Shown in pieces: positions 60,085 through 64,000 of a DNA stretch of 64,000 bases. The stretch is from Dehalococcoidia bacterium (GTDB lineage Bacteria > Chloroflexota > Dehalococcoidia > Lucifugimonadales > UBA3495), in the NCBI GenBank assembly GCA_965237775.1, contig OZ250155.1, positions 17,084 through 81,083 of the forward strand. The letters run 5' to 3'. Both the position numbers and the translations under genes were made by a program. The notes under the pieces are model-generated. The model was not told the origin of the DNA, made no database searches, and saw only the letters and a program-made list of their open reading frames with translations. The number at the start of each line of letters is the position of its first letter. Positions within the stretch are counted from its first letter, which is position 1.

Positions 60085-61940
60085 CCTAGAAGTCTGGCCG
60101 GAAACTGTCCATTTTGATGCCAGGGGTTATACTCCGGGGTATCAAAGATAGCGGAGCAAGGGAATGCTGGGAGAGCGATCGGATCAGAGGGGCTTCTGGG
60201 AGGCGGACCGGCTGTATCTGGACCACGTGGGTAAGGACACTTTCTACGGCCTGTTGGCATCGTTGAGAGGCCAACTATTCCGGGACTCCGACTTCGCCGA
60301 GTTCTACTGCGCCGACAACGGCCGGGACAGCGTGCCGCCCAGCCTGCTGGCCACGGCGCTGCTGCTGCAGACCCACGACAAGGTGAGCGACGCCGAGGCC
60401 AAGGCCAGAGCCGACTTCGACATCCGCTGGAAAGTGGCGTTGGGAATTGAGGTGGAGGACAGGCCCTTCGCCAAGAGCACGCTCCAGGTGTTCCGCGCCC
60501 AGTTGATTCTCCACGACAAGGTGCGGGCGGTGTTCGAGTCCAGCCTGCGGCTGGCCCGGGAGTCGGGCTACCTAAAAAAGCGCGGCATGCGGGTGGCGCT
60601 GGACACCACGAACATCCTGGGGCGGGGCGCCGTGAGGGACACCTTCAACCTGCTGGCGGACGGGATTGTGAAGCTGCTGCGGGCGCTGGCAGCCGTGGAG
60701 AGGTCCAATGTCAAAGGATGGGCCGAGGCCCAGGGGTACGGGCGGTACCTTGCATCCAGCATCAAGGGAGAGTCGGCCATCGACTGGTCCGACAAGGGGG
60801 CACGGGCGGGGTTGCTGGCCACGATTGTGGCTGACGCCGACCGTCTGTTGGAAGCAGGGCGGCAGGCGCAGGAGGCTCTGCCGGAGGGCAGCCCTGAGCG
60901 GCAGGGCATCGTCGCGGCGGCGGAGTTGCTGGGGCAGTTGCTGCTCCAGGATGTGGAGCGCACCGGCGACGGTATTGGTCTCAAGGACGGGGTGAGCAAG
61001 GACCGGATGGTGTCGGTGCATGACCCGGAGATGCGCCACGGCCACAAGAGCAGCAGCCGTCGCTTCGACGGGCACAAGGCGGCGATTGTGGTGGACACCG
61101 ATACCCAGCTCATTACTGCTGTGGAAGTATTGCCCGGCAACGCTCCGGACAACCTGGGGGCCTTGGAACTGGTGGAACGGAGCGAGGCCAATACCGGTGT
61201 GCCGGTGGAGGAGGCGCTGGGCGATGCCGCTTATGGCGACGGCGATACCAGGCAGGCCTTCGCCGACGCGGGACGGACCCTGATTGCCCGGGTGCCGGGC
61301 CGTCCGAACCGGAAACACTTCCCGAAGGATGACTTCCGGATTGACCTGGCGGCGGGAACCTGCACCTGTCCGGCGGGTCAGGTCACCCGGAAGCTGCTGC
61401 CGGCGGGGAAGCGGACCGGTTCCACGGGACGGACTCACCGGCTGCAAGCCTTCCGGTTCGATGCGGCGGTGTGCGGAGCCTGCCCGCTGCGCTCTCAATG
61501 CGTGGCCGGGTCATCGGGATTGGGGCGAACGGTCCAACTGCACCCGCAGGAGGCTTTGTTGCAGCAGGCCCGGGCCCTGCAGCAGAGCGAAGCCTTTGCC
61601 GGGTATTGTCAACGCCGGGTGGTGGTGGAGCACCGGCTGGCCCGGCTGGTGCAGCTGGGGATTCGCCAGGCCCGCTACTTCGGTCGGACCAAAACCCGGT
61701 TCCAGCTGTACCTGGCAGCCACGGTGGCCAACCTGACCCTGCTGGCGGGCAAAACCGGTTTGACAGGCGATATTGGTGGCGCTGCCATCGGCTACCGTGA
61801 CGCCTGGGCCGGCGCCGACAGTGCTACAGCAACATTTGGTGCAATCCGGCTCGGTCTGATTTGGCCGCTGGCGTTGCTGACGCCGGCCTTTCTGCCTAAA
61901 GCCCTCTTCTCAACCAAGGCTTTTCATCCGCATTTCTAGG
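60085..61940 (+). mobile_element. IS1182/IS5-superfamily insertion sequence, copy C, 1856 bp
   Basis: It has the same ends and internal ORFs as copies A and B. It is inserted between the convergent genes 59677..60084 and 61936..63165. Confidence 0.9.
60164..61939 (+). CDS. IS1182/IS5-like DDE transposase (591 aa)
   Basis: Its translation is identical to those of the other two copies. Confidence 0.9.
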   Translation: MLGERSDQRGFWEADRLYLDHVGKDTFYGLLASLRGQLFRDSDFAEFYCADNGRDSVPPSLLATALLLQTHDKVSDAEAKARADFDIRWKVALGIEVEDRPFAKSTLQVFRAQLILHDKVRAVFESSLRLARESGYLKKRGMRVALDTTNILGRGAVRDTFNLLADGIVKLLRALAAVERSNVKGWAEAQGYGRYLASSIKGESAIDWSDKGARAGLLATIVADADRLLEAGRQAQEALPEGSPERQGIVAAAELLGQLLLQDVERTGDGIGLKDGVSKDRMVSVHDPEMRHGHKSSSRRFDGHKAAIVVDTDTQLITAVEVLPGNAPDNLGALELVERSEANTGVPVEEALGDAAYGDGDTRQAFADAGRTLIARVPGRPNRKHFPKDDFRIDLAAGTCTCPAGQVTRKLLPAGKRTGSTGRTHRLQAFRFDAAVCGACPLRSQCVAGSSGLGRTVQLHPQEALLQQARALQQSEAFAGYCQRRVVVEHRLARLVQLGIRQARYFGRTKTRFQLYLAATVANLTLLAGKTGLTGDIGGAAIGYRDAWAGADSATATFGAIRLGLIWPLALLTPAFLPKALFSTKAFHPHF

Positions 61941-63165
61941 AGTAACGGAATTCTTCGGAGTTCTGGATTCTTATGGCCCCCATCACGCCACGAGCACCCA
62001 CCGGGTCACGTTGAATCGTTTGATATTCAAGAGTCTGAACAAGCATGTCCCTACCCGAGACCTCGAAGACGGGTGTCGTCAGGTAACTGTTGAAGGTATA
62101 GACCTCGAACAGGTCAGTGCCCTGAGAGAGTTTGATTTCGATGTTCCGGGGCTTGGGATTACTGGTACCAGGGCTGTCCGCCCCCCAGAAATCTTTGTAC
62201 TGATCACGGGTCTTGAATTCGAGGGTCAGACTGGCCGTGAGTTCCAGACCTTGGGCTTCCAGCTTGACCGGAAACCTTGAACCCATCCGCATCCCGTCCT
62301 CGGCCTGCACGTTGTTGTTGAACGTGAACGATGCGGAACGGATGTAATTGATGATGTCCTTGTCGTCGGTGCCGGGGCTGGCGGTGTCGATCAGCCTGGC
62401 CGAGCTTACATGGAGCCCCGCAAACGGCACCGAGTCGAATGCGGACCCAGGGGGATTGAAGACGTCCTCGCTGGCGTCCTTCTGGGCGATGATGCTGGCC
62501 GTGAGGTCGGCCATCGTGTTGTAGGCGATGGACAGGGTAATCTGGCTTACGGCACAACCGTAGAACGCGTGAGTGTCGAAGTCCTTGCCAACCCGGACTG
62601 TCATGGAGTCCAAATCAGTGATGTCACCCCCAAAGTCCATGATGTGCAGGACTCCCGGAGACGCATCCAGTTTGGTCACCGTCGCGTCCTCAGCATGGGA
62701 ACGGGTCAAGCCGTCGGCGATGGTCAGTTCTCCGGTACCTACGGCAGTAACCTTATGGATTTCTGAGCCACCGAAATCGCCACCGACCTGAACCAGATCG
62801 TTCTCCGCGAAACCAGCCTCAGTGTCCACCGATAGTGTGGTTGAACCCGCAGCGTGATCGACGTCCAACTCGGTATCAGTGCTGGATTTATTGACTGATA
62901 GCTGCTGGTAGTTCAGCTCGGGGACGGCCGCCCGGAAGAAAGCGCCTGCCCGCCACGTATCAACTACCGTCTCGATGTCACCCTGCGGGACATAGCTGGT
63001 CGGCACAATGGTTCGCTGGCCCCTGCCACTGGCGCCTGAGTAGATCAAGAAGGGGTTGCTAGGCGAATCAAGGGAGACTCGGTTTGGATCAAAGTAATAT
63101 TTGGGGGCCGCGGAGGCCCCGTAGCTGGACTCGAACCCTATACTCAACGCGCGTCTGATTGCCAT
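61936..63165 (-). CDS. Phage major structural protein, most likely a tail tube-type protein with an inserted domain
   Basis: The 409-aa ORF opens MAIRRALSIGFESSYGASAAPKYYFDP...SGASGRGQRTIVPTSYVPQGDIETVVD and later reads SASFTFNNNVQAEDGMRMGSRFPVKLEAQGLELTASLTLEFK. This fits my recollection of tail-tube families. It follows adaptor and neck genes. Its stop codon lies in the CCTAGG at the IS junction. Confidence 0.45.
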   Translation of the reverse strand: MAIRRALSIGFESSYGASAAPKYYFDPNRVSLDSPSNPFLIYSGASGRGQRTIVPTSYVPQGDIETVVDTWRAGAFFRAAVPELNYQQLSVNKSSTDTELDVDHAAGSTTLSVDTEAGFAENDLVQVGGDFGGSEIHKVTAVGTGELTIADGLTRSHAEDATVTKLDASPGVLHIMDFGGDITDLDSMTVRVGKDFDTHAFYGCAVSQITLSIAYNTMADLTASIIAQKDASEDVFNPPGSAFDSVPFAGLHVSSARLIDTASPGTDDKDIINYIRSASFTFNNNVQAEDGMRMGSRFPVKLEAQGLELTASLTLEFKTRDQYKDFWGADSPGTSNPKPRNIEIKLSQGTDLFEVYTFNSYLTTPVFEVSGRDMLVQTLEYQTIQRDPVGARGVMGAIRIQNSEEFRYS

Positions 63166-63177
63166 CTGGTGGTCTCC

Positions 63178-63621
63178 TTACGGTCTAGAAAAGCGGATGT
63201 CCCACGCTGCGGTAACCACTACCCATTCGGCGGGGTCTTCTTCACCGGCAACATCTGCGTCAAACTCGATGCTCTCTACTCTGGCGTCTGTAGACACACC
63301 GCCTAGAAATGGGTCCGCCATCAACAAGTCGGCCAGCCAGTAGGACAAGTCCTCCGCATTGTGCTTTCCCTGCGGACGGTCTCCGCTCCTCACCATGCAG
63401 CCGAACTGAACGGTCATCGTTGCTTGAAGCTGATGAACGGCGGTACGAGCAAACGCGACTGTTCGCGCTAATGACACCACTGCCTTGTTGGTTCGATGCG
63501 GGTCCTGATCGGTCGATCCAAAAAACTCGACGCCGGGCTGCTGCGAGACCAAACCCTCTTGAACGATTGAAACTACAGTCGCCCAAAGTGCGGGAACTGG
63601 GTTCTGGACTACGCTGCTCAT
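63178..63621 (-). CDS. Phage neck / tail-terminator-like protein (148 aa)
   Basis: I chose the ATG at 63621 (MSSVVQNPVPALWATVV...), which lies directly after the upstream stop at 63623. The call rests on position between the adaptor and the tube-like gene. The 58 extra N-terminal codons of the track ORF overlap the adaptor gene. Confidence 0.4.
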   Translation of the reverse strand: MSSVVQNPVPALWATVVSIVQEGLVSQQPGVEFFGSTDQDPHRTNKAVVSLARTVAFARTAVHQLQATMTVQFGCMVRSGDRPQGKHNAEDLSYWLADLLMADPFLGGVSTDARVESIEFDADVAGEEDPAEWVVVTAAWDIRFSRP

Positions 63622-63622
63622 G

Positions 63623-63982
63623 CTAGGGAAACAAGACCTTGATTCGTCCCGTCGTCCGACGACGGTATGGCGCCAACATCGCCACCACATCTGAGTCCAA
63701 AAGGCCAGACTCACCAGAGTAGGCATCGCCGTATCCGGTATCCCGGCGCTTGAACCACCTGGACGCAGTGAGCAGGACCGACTCCCTAACCACATCAGGA
63801 ACGGCCGGCCAACCCCATCTCGCCACGACCTCTACCGACCTCCCGAATGGTGGGAACGAGGACAACTGCCCCTTTTTTCGGAGCTTGACCGAAAATTTCG
63901 GAACGCTGTTCAAGGGGTAGAGGTCGAAGTCGACTCCCTCGATTAAAGCTACACCGAAATCCCCGTCTCCACTCGTGTCCAC
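63623..63982 (-). CDS. Phage head-to-tail adaptor (gp6-like connector); the 5' end may extend beyond the window
   Basis: It contains SVEVVARWGWPAVPDVVRESVLLTASRWFKRRDTGYG...LLDSDVVAMLAPYRRR, which matches my recollection of the adaptor signature. The frame stays open upstream of the GTG at 63982 to the window end. Confidence 0.6.
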   Translation of the reverse strand: MDTSGDGDFGVALIEGVDFDLYPLNSVPKFSVKLRKKGQLSSFPPFGRSVEVVARWGWPAVPDVVRESVLLTASRWFKRRDTGYGDAYSGESGLLDSDVVAMLAPYRRRTTGRIKVLFP

Positions 63983-64000
63983 TTTGAACGACGAGACCGA

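Noticed and set aside
20834-61940. Inversion of the 22.7-60.1 kb segment by recombination between the inverted IS copies A and C, as an explanation for the odd phage gene order.
   Set aside because: The two flanks of copy A reconstruct one continuous membrane-protein ORF (…VVQLS…QALIAPSHV…), so copy A is a simple insertion and has not exchanged flanks.

Overview
This window is GC-rich bacterial accessory DNA. It is a mosaic of integrative-element, defence and prophage modules, heavily colonised by insertion sequences. I count nine IS/MITE copies plus one transposase relic: IS701 with a 108-bp MITE derivative, IS66, a decayed IS1380 carrying a nested IS110, three identical copies of a 1856-bp IS1182/IS5-like element, ISAs1, an IS427-group IS5 element, and an IS701-type relic. 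Layout by region: (1) 1-6.3 kb holds a large serine recombinase that runs off the left edge, an orphan HigA-like antitoxin, an excisionase-like HTH protein, a frame-disrupted Replic_Relax-like gene and a retropepsin-like protease pair. (2) 7-8.6 kb holds a lipoprotein gene with an internal 510-bp tandem duplication. (3) 9-16.5 kb is a visibly AT-richer defence island: an IS66-split PD-(D/E)xK nuclease gene, a GmrSD-like type IV enzyme, and a beta-class methyltransferase with a putative restriction enzyme. (4) 17.4-25.3 kb is an IS graveyard. (5) 25.3-26.7 kb holds a PLD-like plus PD-(D/E)xK two-gene module. (6) 27.8-35.3 kb holds a second Replic_Relax-like gene, AlpA, hicBA, a MITE-disrupted ISAs1 and a tyrosine integrase. 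(7) 36.6-40.4 kb holds a PIN nuclease with an unusual 245-aa partner, a Zn-ribbon protein, and a 194-aa protein next to a fused XRE-ImmA regulator. (8) 40.6-64 kb is a phage neck/tail module, almost all on the minus strand: adaptor, tube-like protein, HK97 gp10-like protein, chaperone, tape measure and distal tail proteins. About 16 kb of non-canonical DNA sits inside this module. That insert holds the most unusual content. It has four tandem paralogous cassettes, each a secreted pro-domain-like lipoprotein gene followed by a leaderless chymotrypsin-fold serine protease fused to a DUF2190-like beta-barrel. These are followed by a giant gene of about 1460 codons (DUF2190-like, PPC, FN3 repeats, coiled coil, polyacidic tail) that is read in three frames. 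I recognised no rRNA, tRNA or CRISPR array. Many genes carry frame disruptions, so assembly indels must be distinguished from real pseudogenisation. All family assignments come from motif recognition by eye, not from database searches.
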